32,000 bases of DNA from Paenibacillus swuensis (GTDB lineage Bacteria > Bacillota > Bacilli > Paenibacillales > DY6). Every line of letters starts with the position of its first letter. Position 1 is the stretch's first letter. The stretch is taken from contig NZ_CP011388.1 in the NCBI RefSeq assembly GCF_001644605.1, positions 4,957,752 through 4,989,751 of the forward strand, in the 5' to 3' direction. Shown in pieces: positions 1-8,961 of the stretch. The notes beneath the pieces were generated by a model. The model did no database searches. It worked only from the letters and a program-made list of their open reading frames with translations, and was not told where the DNA came from. The position numbers and the translations under genes are program-made.

Positions 1-1007
1 ATCAAGGGTGCCAGTTTCTCCAGATCCTGCAACAGTTCTGCGAATTGATGCGGGAACAGGGACTGCACGCCGTCACCGGTCATGGAGTTATCAGGGTCCG
101 TATGCATCTCAACGATCAGTCCGTTGGCGCCTGCTGCCACAGAGGCTTTGGACATCGTGGCTACCAGTTCGCGGCGTCCCGTACCGTGGCTCGGATCCGA
201 GATCACGGGAAGATGGCTTAAACCCTGAAGAACGGGAATAGCGGTCAAATCTAACGTATTCCTAGTGTAGGTTTCGAACGTACGAATACCACGTTCACAG
301 AGCATAACGTTCGGATTTCCGCCAGCTAGGATATATTCAGCCGCGTTCAGCAGTTCATCATAAGTAGCGCTGAAGCCCCTCTTAAGCAGGACTGGCGTCT
401 GTATCGTGCCAAGCTTACGCAAGAGATCGAAGTTCTGCATGTTCCGCGTACCGACTTGCAGAATATCCGCGTATTCGGCGCATACATCGACGTATTCCGG
501 CGCCATAACTTCCGTGATGGTCAGAAGTCCGTGCTTATCTCCGGCTTCCTTCATCATGACCAAGCCTTCAACACCGACGCCTTGGAAGCTATACGGCCCG
601 GTCCGCGGTTTAAATGCACCCCCGCGTAATACTTGACCCCCCGCCGCTTTCACCAATCTGGCAATCTCATCAATCTGCTCCGGGCTTTCTACAGCGCAAG
701 GTCCGCCCATAATGACAAGATTCTCCCCGCCGATCTGGACGCCTTTAATCTCAATGACGGTATCTTCCGGGTGGAAATCACGGCTAGCCAATTTGTAGGA
801 TTTAGAAATCTTAATCACATTCTCAACACCGGACATTTGGCGCAGATGCTCCGCCAGCGTCGGGTTGGCCTGGCCTATGATGCCGATTACAGTCCGGTCC
901 ATCCCTTTGGATACGTGAGCTTGATTGCCGCTCTTCTCAATATACTGAACAATCTCCGTCAGGCGTTCATTCGATATGGCATTTGAAGTTATTGCAATCA
1001 TCTTCAT
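1..1007 (-). CDS. aroF: 3-deoxy-7-phosphoheptulonate (DAHP) synthase, class I-beta with an N-terminal regulatory domain. The 3' end runs off the window.
   Basis: Absent from the ORF track because the frame is open to the window edge. My minus-strand translation gives MKMIAITSNAISNERLTEIVQYIEKSG...GENLVIMGGPCAVESPEQIDEIARLVKAAGGQVLRGGAFKPRTGPYSFQGVG...LQVGTRNMQNF...LLKRG...MLCERGIRTFE...VISDPSHGTGRR. These are hallmark DAHPS/KDO8PS-family motifs. The GGAGAG RBS abuts the first ATG (1007), so the second ATG (1001) is the likelier start. Confidence 0.85.
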   Translation of the reverse strand, partial: MKMIAITSNAISNERLTEIVQYIEKSGNQAHVSKGMDRTVIGIIGQANPTLAEHLRQMSGVENVIKISKSYKLASRDFHPEDTVIEIKGVQIGGENLVIMGGPCAVESPEQIDEIARLVKAAGGQVLRGGAFKPRTGPYSFQGVGVEGLVMMKEAGDKHGLLTITEVMAPEYVDVCAEYADILQVGTRNMQNFDLLRKLGTIQTPVLLKRGFSATYDELLNAAEYILAGGNPNVMLCERGIRTFETYTRNTLDLTAIPVLQGLSHLPVISDPSHGTGRRELVATMSKASVAAGANGLIVEMHTDPDNSMTGDGVQSLFPHQFAELLQDLEKLAPL

Positions 1008-1103
1008 CTCTCCTTGTAGTTTAACTTTATCTATAAGATTCATCCTATGCTGACTTATGCACTTTAATGCTTATACGCTTTTAAGCTTTTAATCACTAAA
1101 GTA

Positions 1104-1132
1104 AATATACAGGAAATGACTTCAGTTCGCAA
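1104..1132 (-). promoter_or_regulatory. Putative sigma-A promoter for the DAHP synthase gene
   Basis: The minus strand reads TTGCGA, a 17-nt spacer, then TATATT, about 95 nt upstream of the start codon. Confidence 0.4.
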
Positions 1133-1144
1133 TACTTTTCATAC

Positions 1145-1177
1145 AAAAAAACCTCAAGAAACAAACCTTTCTTGAGG
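1145..1177 (-). terminator. Rho-independent terminator after the DUF2062 gene
   Basis: The minus strand reads CCTCAAGAAA-GGTTTG-TTTCTTGAGG followed by TTTTTTT. It sits 13 nt downstream of the stop at 1190. Confidence 0.8.
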
Positions 1178-1189
1178 GACTTATCCATA

Positions 1190-1726
1190 CTATTCTAATA
1201 TGCTATCTTTAAGCATCAATGTGTTTTTGCGCAATTTACGCTTCTCCCTGCGGCGATTCGTGTAGGTCTCGAGCAACCATTTCACTGGGAAATAGAGCAC
1301 AAGCCCTAAAAGGGTTCCCACCACCATACCTCCTACAATGAGCTTGAGGTTCAGGTACACCAGCTTCTCAATCCATTCCGGTAAGAAGGAGAGGTATGCT
1401 TCCAAATTTTTTGGAACAATCATACTGCCTACTTTGCTGTTCATGAAGGCAAACGGAATATAAATAATTTTCCCGATGACAAACCCGATCAGAGCCCCCG
1501 CCACACTGCCTCGCAATAAATAAACCAAGGGGAAGATCAGGAAGAAAGCCAGTCCCATTGTAGGCAACGTAAACATCTCGATGGCAAGGCCAATGGAGAA
1601 ACCCTTGGCGACCATGGCTGCGCCGCCTTTGGCGCGAAACAACATCATATATTTATATTTAAACCAACGCGCCATTAATCTGAACCTTGCTTTCATCCTG
1701 CTCCCCCCTTTCCGGGAAATACTCAT
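1190..1726 (-). CDS. DUF2062-like small integral membrane protein
   Basis: The 178-aa ORF has about 3 hydrophobic helices and a basic C-terminal tail (RRREKRKLRK). The segment AAMVAKGFSIGLAIEMFTLPTMGL...LLRGSVAGALIG resembles my memory of the DUF2062 family pattern. An alternative start at 1696 (MKARF) has a GGGGGGAG RBS. Confidence 0.55.
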   Translation of the reverse strand: MSISRKGGSRMKARFRLMARWFKYKYMMLFRAKGGAAMVAKGFSIGLAIEMFTLPTMGLAFFLIFPLVYLLRGSVAGALIGFVIGKIIYIPFAFMNSKVGSMIVPKNLEAYLSFLPEWIEKLVYLNLKLIVGGMVVGTLLGLVLYFPVKWLLETYTNRRREKRKLRKNTLMLKDSILE

Positions 1727-1730
1727 GCTG

Positions 1731-2690
1731 TTAAGTGGCGGATTTCTGTTTAACGTTAGGCAGGAGCTTGTTCATGTTCACTGTGCGGTTAATCGCATGC
1801 GTTTCGGGAACCTCGGGATCGAATTGTTCCAAATAAGCGATAACCTCTTTAGTAATCGGTGTTGGCGTGGAAGCTCCGGATGTAACGCCAACGATCTTGA
1901 CCCCTTGCAACCATTCCGGTTGAATTTCCGATACATCGGAAATCCGGTAAGCGGTTACCCCCGCAATCTCTTCGGAAACCTGGGCTAACCGATTGGAGTT
2001 ATTGCTGCGCGGGTCGCCTACGACGATGACCAGATCGCAAGCACCGGCTTGTTCCGCTACTGCTTCTTGCCGCACTTGTGTAGCCAGGCAAATTTCATTA
2101 TGGATCTCGGCCTGTGGGTAAGTTTCCAATAATTTCTTCATGATATGCTTAATATCCCACTGTGACATGGTCGTTTGGTTCGTAATAATAATCCGTTCGG
2201 CGGTGAGATTCAACTGATCAATCTCTTCTTCCCGCTCAATGAGATGAACATGGTCGGGTGCCACACCGATGGCTCCTTCAGGTTCCGGGTGAGCTTTCTT
2301 GCCGATGTAGATAATTTCGTAACCTTCCGTAACTTTTTCGCGAATTAGATCATGCGTCTTCGTTACATCCGGACAAGTCGCGTCTACACAGGTTAAGCCT
2401 TTGTCGCGAGCTCTCTTCCGCACTTCAGGGGAAACCCCGTGGGCGGTAAAGATGACCGTTCCTTTCTCAATCTGGTCGAGAATCTCCATACGGTTCTCCC
2501 CGTCCAACGTGATAATACCCTCTTTCTCGAAGGCATCGGTCACATGACTGTTGTGAACAATCATTCCCAATATATAAATCGGTCTGGGCAGATCCAAATT
2601 CTTAGCCGTTTGCAATGCAAGAACCATAGCGTCCACGACACCGTAACAGTAGCCTCGCGGCGTAATCTTCAACACTTCCAAATCCGACAC
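1731..2690 (-). CDS. ispH: 4-hydroxy-3-methylbut-2-enyl diphosphate reductase (IspH/LytB)
   Basis: The N-terminus [16 protein letters not shown], together with TAHGVSP, DATCP, ITNQTT and [13 protein letters not shown], is typical of Firmicute IspH. The ORF-track start is GTG. A TTG at 2681 ([14 protein letters not shown]) has better AGGTG spacing. Confidence 0.9.
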   Translation of the reverse strand: MSDLEVLKITPRGYCYGVVDAMVLALQTAKNLDLPRPIYILGMIVHNSHVTDAFEKEGIITLDGENRMEILDQIEKGTVIFTAHGVSPEVRKRARDKGLTCVDATCPDVTKTHDLIREKVTEGYEIIYIGKKAHPEPEGAIGVAPDHVHLIEREEEIDQLNLTAERIIITNQTTMSQWDIKHIMKKLLETYPQAEIHNEICLATQVRQEAVAEQAGACDLVIVVGDPRSNNSNRLAQVSEEIAGVTAYRISDVSEIQPEWLQGVKIVGVTSGASTPTPITKEVIAYLEQFDPEVPETHAINRTVNMNKLLPNVKQKSAT

Positions 2691-2728
2691 CTGCTTTCAA
2701 ATTACGACTTTCCTGCTTTCATTATACC

Positions 2729-4201
2729 TTATTCCACAGTACGTGGAAAGCTTGCGGGGAGCCAGATCGTAAAGGTGGTGCCAATTCCCAGACTGGTGCT
2801 GACCTCGACCGAGCCTTCATGTTGATCGATAATCCATTTGGCTATTGATAATCCCAAACCTGTGCCTGACGTTTCACCCCGTGATGCGTCAGCCCGGTAG
2901 AAGCGTTCAAATATGAGCGGCACGTGACTTTTATCCATACCCATGCCGGTGTCCTCAATACGGATTCCGACAGAACCTTCACCCTTAACGGCATCCAACT
3001 TAACAAAACCCTCCGAGGTGTATTTGAATGCATTTTCTATAAAGATGAACAGCAGCTGTTGCAATAAATCTTTATTACCGTTCACCACAGCTTCTTCCAA
3101 CGCATGCAGATCCCCGGCTTTCCATTCCGCTTCATGGGGCAAGAACTGCGCGCGCCGAACCACTTCCTCCACCAACCCATGGATCTCAACGGGCTCCTTC
3201 TGCAACTCCTGTCCGGCATCCGCGCGGGCCAACGCCAACAGATCGTTCACTAACCGGCTCATGCGTTCCGCTTCATCCGCTATATCGCGCATCGCTTCCA
3301 ACGACATCTCCCTGTTGGCAGGAGCGACTAAATCCTCCGGGACCGCGGCGTTCTTCCACATTCGCTCCAGCAAATCCACGTTTCCTCGAATCGTCGTTAA
3401 CGGCGTCCTCAGCTCATGGGAAGCATCGGAGACGAAACGCCGCTGTGCGCGGTAAGCCTCTTCCATATCGCTGTACATGACTTGAATCCGGGAGAGAAGA
3501 CTGTTGAATGTGTCTGTTAAACGACCGATTTCGTCCCTCGGCCCGTTATATTTAATGCGTTTGCCCAAGTCCGAGCCCCGTTCAATCTGGTTGGCCGCCA
3601 CGATGACATGGTCAATGGGCTTCAAAGCTTTACGCGCAAGGAAGAAGCCCAGAGAAGCCGCGAGTAAAATCACGCCAAAGCCGGCCAGGCTCAAACTGAA
3701 TTTCATCGTATTTAACCAGGAATCAATGGAATCTACCCGGGTAGCGACCTGCAAGACGCCGATGACTTCACCGCTGCCAATCAATTGATAAGGCGTGTTA
3801 TAAACGTAAACGGTAATATCACCCACTTTTTCTTTCACAAAAAAAGCTTGGCCTTCCTTAGCTCTCTTCAGCGTTGCCTCTGTACGTCCCAGCTCGAACT
3901 TCCCCAACGTGTTGGATTTGTTCATTAACTCCCCGCCGGGATACACCGATTGAAAATAAATATTGGAATTCTTGAATGTGTCCAGTTGAGGGAAAATAAC
4001 GGTATACCGAGCCCCGTCCCCGTAAGGTTCTTCGTACACCCGCGCTTTGCTGTTAATATATTTGCTTTGAGAGTCCAGTTCTTTTTTTACCGAAGAATAC
4101 AGTTGATATGAGAAAAATCCGTATAAGGCCATGCTGAATGTTGTGATCATCACGGCTAATATCAAGGTGTACCACAATGTCAGTCTCAGCCGGATCGACA
4201 T
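2729..4201 (-). CDS. Sensor histidine kinase: two TM helices, an extracytoplasmic loop, then HAMP, HisKA and HATPase_c
   Basis: TM1 is LTLWYTLILAVMITTF and TM2 is LSLAGFGVILLAASLGFFLA. The H-box is FVSDASHELRTPLT. The N/G boxes are ENAFKYT, EDTGMGM and GTGLGLSIAK. The start lies 4 nt after the stop of the regulator gene. Confidence 0.9.
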   Translation of the reverse strand: MSIRLRLTLWYTLILAVMITTFSMALYGFFSYQLYSSVKKELDSQSKYINSKARVYEEPYGDGARYTVIFPQLDTFKNSNIYFQSVYPGGELMNKSNTLGKFELGRTEATLKRAKEGQAFFVKEKVGDITVYVYNTPYQLIGSGEVIGVLQVATRVDSIDSWLNTMKFSLSLAGFGVILLAASLGFFLARKALKPIDHVIVAANQIERGSDLGKRIKYNGPRDEIGRLTDTFNSLLSRIQVMYSDMEEAYRAQRRFVSDASHELRTPLTTIRGNVDLLERMWKNAAVPEDLVAPANREMSLEAMRDIADEAERMSRLVNDLLALARADAGQELQKEPVEIHGLVEEVVRRAQFLPHEAEWKAGDLHALEEAVVNGNKDLLQQLLFIFIENAFKYTSEGFVKLDAVKGEGSVGIRIEDTGMGMDKSHVPLIFERFYRADASRGETSGTGLGLSIAKWIIDQHEGSVEVSTSLGIGTTFTIWLPASFPRTVE

Positions 4202-4205
4202 GCTG

Positions 4206-4916
4206 TTAATCTCCCTTCATGACATACCCGGCGCCGCGAACCGTCTGAATTAATCGCTTGCCTCCGTGCTCCTCTGTTTTCTGGCGCAGCATGGCGATAT
4301 AGACCTCCAACACATTGGACTCGCCGCTGTAGTCATAGCCCCAGATTCGCTCCATAATGACGTCGCGGGACAGCACTCTGCGGGGATTATGCAGAAATAG
4401 GTGAAGCAAATCGAATTCCTTCGTCGTAAGTTCCACTCGTTTTCCGTTCCGAATAACCTCTCGCGTATCCATATCGAGCATGATATCTTCAAATTGCACC
4501 CGATTCGTTTTCTGCTCGGCGCTTTCGATTTTCCTTCGCAATAACGCTCTTACTCTGGCCAACAATTCTTCCAGCGCGAACGGTTTCACCAAATAATCAT
4601 CGGCGCCTAAATCCAGCCCTTTTACTCGTGAAGAAATTTCGTCCTTGGCTGTAAGCATGAGAATCGGGATCTCGCTTCCCCCTTCTCGAATTCGACGGCA
4701 CACTTCCCACCCATCGAGCTGGGGCATCATCACATCCAGAATCATGACATCGGGTTCGTCGCTAAGCAGCTTCTGGAGTCCATCCGCGCCATGATTCGCG
4801 GTCACTACATCATAGCCTTCAAAGGTTAAGCTCCTGCGCAACATAGACGTAATTTTCTCATCATCATCCACAACTAGTATTCGGTTTCGCATCGTTCTCT
4901 CATCCGTCCTTTTCAC
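4206..4916 (-). CDS. OmpR/PhoB-family response regulator
   Basis: The receiver domain shows ILVVDDDE...DVMMPQLDG...LTAK. The winged-helix output domain shows LTTKEFDLL...RGAGY. The ORF-track start is GTG. An internal ATG at 4892 (MRNRILVVDDD) is equally plausible. Confidence 0.9.
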   Translation of the reverse strand: MKRTDERTMRNRILVVDDDEKITSMLRRSLTFEGYDVVTANHGADGLQKLLSDEPDVMILDVMMPQLDGWEVCRRIREGGSEIPILMLTAKDEISSRVKGLDLGADDYLVKPFALEELLARVRALLRRKIESAEQKTNRVQFEDIMLDMDTREVIRNGKRVELTTKEFDLLHLFLHNPRRVLSRDVIMERIWGYDYSGESNVLEVYIAMLRQKTEEHGGKRLIQTVRGAGYVMKGD

Positions 4917-5010
4917 AAAATATCCCCGAGAACGAACCTAGCCGCACAAGCACCGGTCGCTCTCAGGGAAACTGTCTCATGATTCAATTGTCGAGGTTAC
5001 ATGATGATGA

Positions 5011-6618
5011 TCATTGTTGTTTTTGTTGTTCCAGTGCTTGCTTCTCGTACTCATTACGGTCGCCGATCTTAACCGTTACTTGGCTGGTTTTACTATTGCG
5101 CAGAATGGTCAGGTTCACGGACTCGCCTACCTTGTTTTTGGAGATTTCCGCTTTAAGGGCATCGCTGTTATCTACCTTGACCCCGTTCACTTGCGTAATT
5201 ACATCATAGGTCCGCAGATCGGCTTGATATGCCGGCGTATTGTAAGGTACGCTTGCGATAATTGAACCTTTGGTACTCTTAAGTCCGAGTTGGGCTGCCA
5301 TTTCGGCTGTAATATCGGATAAGTTTACACCAATAAAAGGAACCGGCTCCTTCGGAATTTCCTTATTATTCTTCAATTGGTCCAGCACGCCGTCAATCGT
5401 GCTTGTAGGTATCGCGAATCCGATGCCTTGGGCCTGGGCGCTTACAGCCGTGTTAATGCCGATAACCTCACCGTCCAGGTTCAACAAGGGGCCGCCGGAG
5501 TTGCCGGGATTGATCGCCGCGTCGGTTTGGAACAGATTCTTGTAGTTCCGCTCGCCCGCTTCATCCGAAATGGAGATTGGACGCTCTTTGGCGCTCAATA
5601 CACCGACGGTAACCGTGTGGTCGAAGCCGTATGGATTCCCGATTGCAACTACCCAGTCTCCAATGGAGGTATTGTCGGATTTGCCAAGGGGTAATGTAGG
5701 GAAGTTATTATCTCCCTCAATCTTTAACACAGCCAGATCCAGTTCATAGCTTGAACCTAGAAGCTTGGCGGTATAAGGCTCTTTACGGCCTTCCAGAGTC
5801 ACTTTGATTTCATCCGGATTTTCGCCTACTACGTGTTGATTTGTAAGGATATAGCCTGTTTTGTCAAAAATAAACCCGGTTCCAAGCCCGGCAGGCTGCA
5901 GCTCACCCGTTCCCGGTTGCTCCGTTTCTCCGCCTTGCCCGCCGCCGAAATCGTCGCCGAAAAATTGCCGAAAGAACGGATCATCCAACAGGGAACGTCC
6001 TGTGCCGCCGCCGTTTCTGGATTGCGCTCTTTGGAACGTCTCTACTTTAATAACGGCAGGACTTGCTTTCTGATAGAGTTGTGCGATATTGTTCGGCCTC
6101 GCCATGTCCAACGCCGCCGAAGAAGCCTGACCGCTGTTGGACGAATTCGATTTCTCCACAGCCGCGTTCGCCGAACCCCCGGACTCCATGACCCCTTCAT
6201 CCGGTGTGAAGAGGTTCATCCGATCCGATACAACGGCAAAGCTTCCAAGCAGCACCGCTCCCGCGATAAAGGATGCAAACATGCTCTTAAAGCTGGATTT
6301 GCGTCGGGTATTGCTGTAATCCCAAGTTCGTACCGGCGCCACCGGATATCCTTGACGATTCAGTTCCGCCTTTTGTAAAGCATGTTGCGAGTTGTACTCG
6401 GGCTGACGGTCTTCGTCATGGGTTACCGAGATCGGCGATCTCTTGCTCTCCACGGGCGGCTGCGCTTCATTCACGTTCGATTTAAAAGGTCCATAAGAAT
6501 AATAATAAGAGGTTCGTTCCTCGCCGGGCGTGCCGTCTTCACTATTTCCCCTTCCAGGACGGTTCTCGTCTTCCGCGTCAAATCCTGTTTGCTTGTCATT
6601 CTTATAATCGTCACTCAT
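5011..6618 (-). CDS. htrA: HtrA/DegP-family membrane-anchored serine protease (trypsin-like S1C domain plus PDZ)
   Basis: The protein has an acidic, disordered N-terminus and one TM helix (FASFIAGAVLLGSFAVV). Catalytic-triad contexts are TNQHVV, DLAVLKI and GNSGGPLLN. A C-terminal PDZ-like segment is present. The RBS is GAGGAGG, 8 nt upstream of the ATG. Confidence 0.9.
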   Translation of the reverse strand: MSDDYKNDKQTGFDAEDENRPGRGNSEDGTPGEERTSYYYSYGPFKSNVNEAQPPVESKRSPISVTHDEDRQPEYNSQHALQKAELNRQGYPVAPVRTWDYSNTRRKSSFKSMFASFIAGAVLLGSFAVVSDRMNLFTPDEGVMESGGSANAAVEKSNSSNSGQASSAALDMARPNNIAQLYQKASPAVIKVETFQRAQSRNGGGTGRSLLDDPFFRQFFGDDFGGGQGGETEQPGTGELQPAGLGTGFIFDKTGYILTNQHVVGENPDEIKVTLEGRKEPYTAKLLGSSYELDLAVLKIEGDNNFPTLPLGKSDNTSIGDWVVAIGNPYGFDHTVTVGVLSAKERPISISDEAGERNYKNLFQTDAAINPGNSGGPLLNLDGEVIGINTAVSAQAQGIGFAIPTSTIDGVLDQLKNNKEIPKEPVPFIGVNLSDITAEMAAQLGLKSTKGSIIASVPYNTPAYQADLRTYDVITQVNGVKVDNSDALKAEISKNKVGESVNLTILRNSKTSQVTVKIGDRNEYEKQALEQQKQQ

Positions 6619-6750
6619 CTATAATGCCTCCTCGTATGAAATTGAAGTAAGTATTTGAGTATATATTGCCTGAGTTTCCTTAAACAAACCTTAAAAAAGA
6701 ATGAAAGGAACATAAATAGTTAATAAATTATCAAGGTGTTTATACATGCG

Positions 6751-6774
6751 AAAAAACCCGGCTGTTAGACCGGG
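6751..6774 (-). terminator. Short intrinsic terminator whose loop contains the stop codon of the YugN-like gene
   Basis: The minus strand reads CCCGG-tctaacag-CCGGG followed by TTTTTT. The stem is only 5 bp. Confidence 0.45.
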
Positions 6775-7184
6775 AATTGGCTTTCTGCTTTAGATAAATG
6801 CTCTTTGGCTTGATTAAGCCACTTATCGTCGATATTGGCATCGGGATTCAAAGGCTTTTGGAATTGGTCAAAAAGAGCTCCCGCAATCTTCGGCTGCGCA
6901 TCCGGATCCGGATTATCGTCCTCGCGATACACATGTCTCAGCACATAGGGTGTACCCAGCTTCACTTGAGCATCGCTCGCGTCCGCATCCACGTCCAGTT
7001 CGCCTCGGGTTACTTCGAAAGGGATTCGGAGCCATACCTTATTGGCCTCATCCAAAGCGTGGTCGAAGACGCCTTGTTTATAGTCCCATCCGCCTCCAAG
7101 AGAGAATCCGTGACGGGATAGATACGTGTTGGCATCATTGTATGCCAGTTCTTTGTTTTCCAGTTGTGAAGTCAGTGTAATCAT
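6765..7184 (-). CDS. YugN-like family protein (small acidic cytosolic protein)
   Basis: The 139-aa ORF has an AAAGGAG RBS 7 nt upstream. The segments GGGWDYKQGVFDHAL...LRIPFEV...LRHVY match my recollection of the Bacillus YugN family pattern. This was not verified by a search. Confidence 0.5.
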   Translation of the reverse strand: MITLTSQLENKELAYNDANTYLSRHGFSLGGGWDYKQGVFDHALDEANKVWLRIPFEVTRGELDVDADASDAQVKLGTPYVLRHVYREDDNPDPDAQPKIAGALFDQFQKPLNPDANIDDKWLNQAKEHLSKAESQFPV

Positions 7185-7271
7185 AAAATATCTCCTTTGG
7201 GGTTCAGAATGTCCGTATAGGTGTTATTTTAGGATTTACCCAAACTTTCCTTTTTATGAAACGCTCATGCT

Positions 7272-7925
7272 CTACTTTTCTGCCCAACCTTTGCGGTGTG
7301 CGTAAATGGCAAGCTGTGTCCGGTCCTCTAATTCGCACTTCATCAGCAGATTGCTGACATGTGTTTTCACGGTTTTGATACTGATATGGAGTTCTTCACC
7401 GATTTCTTTGTTGGCTTTACCGTCCGCAATCAACAGCAATACTTCTTTCTCCCGATCCGTCAATCCTTCGGTATCATCCTTCGCGGTACGTTGCCTTAAA
7501 CCTCGCGTTAAAGCCTGAGATACCTCCGCGTTCATGACAGGCATTCCGCGGAACGCTCCCTGAATGACATAGACAAGCTCTTCCGATGTAACGGTCTTCA
7601 GCACATAGCTTGTAGCTCCGGCCTCCATCGCCTGCACCACTTTCTCATCATCCAGGAAGCTCGTCAGAATAATGATTTTCATATCCGGATATTTTGCGGA
7701 TATTGCCTTAGTGGTCTGGACGCCGTCCATCTCGGGCATCATTAAATCCACTAATGCCAGATCCGGTATGGTGGAATCTTCTTGTTGTAGGATTTCCAGC
7801 GCTTCGCGGCCGTTTGCGGCCTCTCCGATTACATTCATACCGCTTTCCAGCATCAAATATGTACGCAGTCCCATACGCACCATCTCATGGTCATCCACAA
7901 TCATAATGTTCAACACTCGTTCCAT
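7272..7925 (-). CDS. liaR: NarL/LuxR-family response regulator, LiaR/VraR-like
   Basis: The receiver domain shows IMIVDDHEMVR...DLMMPEMDG. The C-terminal LuxR HTH shows LTDREKEVLLLIADGKANKEIGEELHISIKTVKTHVSNLL. The gene follows liaF- and liaS-like genes with 4-nt gaps. Confidence 0.8.
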   Translation of the reverse strand: MERVLNIMIVDDHEMVRMGLRTYLMLESGMNVIGEAANGREALEILQQEDSTIPDLALVDLMMPEMDGVQTTKAISAKYPDMKIIILTSFLDDEKVVQAMEAGATSYVLKTVTSEELVYVIQGAFRGMPVMNAEVSQALTRGLRQRTAKDDTEGLTDREKEVLLLIADGKANKEIGEELHISIKTVKTHVSNLLMKCELEDRTQLAIYAHRKGWAEK

Positions 7926-7929
7926 ATCT

Positions 7930-8958
7930 CTAGCCCCCTCCGGCTTCGCTGAATTTAGGGATTGCCGCCTTCACCCTCGTACCCGCTCCGGGTTTACTGA
8001 GCACCTCCAAAGATCCGCCCAGCTTTTGTGCCCGCTCCAACATCGTTGATAAACCATAGGAGTTCAGCTTGACTCTTGCGCCGTCGAAGCCTGAACCGTT
8101 ATCTGAAATGGTCAACATGTATTGATTATCGGTTTCGTACAGCGACAAGGTCACCCTTGATGCCGAGGCATGCTTCGTCACATTCGCCATAGCTTCTTGT
8201 ACGATCAAGAAAAACTGATGTTCTTTCGCATCCGACAAGCCTTGAATGAGCTGGATATCCATGGTGCCTTGTAAGCTGTTCTGACGGCAATAGTCCGGAA
8301 ACCACTTATCCAGTGCGCTTTCCAAGCTCTGTCCATCCAGTTCAAGCGGACGAAGTTGGGCGATGAGCGAGCGCATCTGCTTCTGGGCGTGTTGGGACAT
8401 CTGAATGAGCTGCTGAAGCACTTCAAGGCTTGCTTCGCTATTCCGTTCCAGCAGCTTGGGGAGCGACGAAGCGGACATATGGATAGCGAACAATTGCTGG
8501 GCCACGGTATCATGCAGATCTCTGGCCAGCCGTTTACGTTCTTCCAATACCGCGTCTTCCTCGCTTTCCGCGCGTTGCATGACCAGTTCTTCACCTAGTG
8601 TCTGCAGCATCTTCACTTTCACTTCCACCGATTCGGCCATTTCATTAAAGTCCCGGTAAATCTGATGGAAGGAATCGGATTCACTGTATGCTACGCGATT
8701 GGTGAAATTACCCTTGGACATCTGGAACACAGACAGCTGCAGAACATTCAACTTACGCTGAATGTTCTGCGCCGCAATGTAACCTATAATCAAACCTAGA
8801 AACAACACACCCGCAAGATACAGCAACCATAGGTAGTCATGATCTAAGGAGTGCGCAAAATAAACACAGCCGGCGAACGTGGCCGAGGTTACCAGAACCG
8901 TTGCAATGAGGAAATAGGCGATCATTTGCCATTTGACGTTATTTCTCCAGCCGCCCAT
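7930..8958 (-). CDS. liaS: LiaS/VraS-like intramembrane-sensing histidine kinase (2 TM, HAMP, HisKA_3, HATPase_c)
   Basis: There are two N-terminal TM helices with almost no external loop. The HisKA_3 H-box is RLARDLHDTVAQQLFA. The ATPase boxes are EAMANVTKH, DNGSGF and GLSTMLERA. Confidence 0.8.
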   Translation of the reverse strand: MGGWRNNVKWQMIAYFLIATVLVTSATFAGCVYFAHSLDHDYLWLLYLAGVLFLGLIIGYIAAQNIQRKLNVLQLSVFQMSKGNFTNRVAYSESDSFHQIYRDFNEMAESVEVKVKMLQTLGEELVMQRAESEEDAVLEERKRLARDLHDTVAQQLFAIHMSASSLPKLLERNSEASLEVLQQLIQMSQHAQKQMRSLIAQLRPLELDGQSLESALDKWFPDYCRQNSLQGTMDIQLIQGLSDAKEHQFFLIVQEAMANVTKHASASRVTLSLYETDNQYMLTISDNGSGFDGARVKLNSYGLSTMLERAQKLGGSLEVLSKPGAGTRVKAAIPKFSEAGGG

Positions 8959-8961
8959 CGT

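Noticed and set aside
8-986. Plus-strand ORFs 8-241, 406-636 and 633-986
   Set aside because: They are shadows of the minus-strand DAHP synthase gene, which the track misses because it runs off the window edge.
4917-5010. A hairpin after htrA as a terminator
   Set aside because: It has an 8-bp stem with one G-U pair, a 21-nt loop and a poor U-tract. That is too weak to call.
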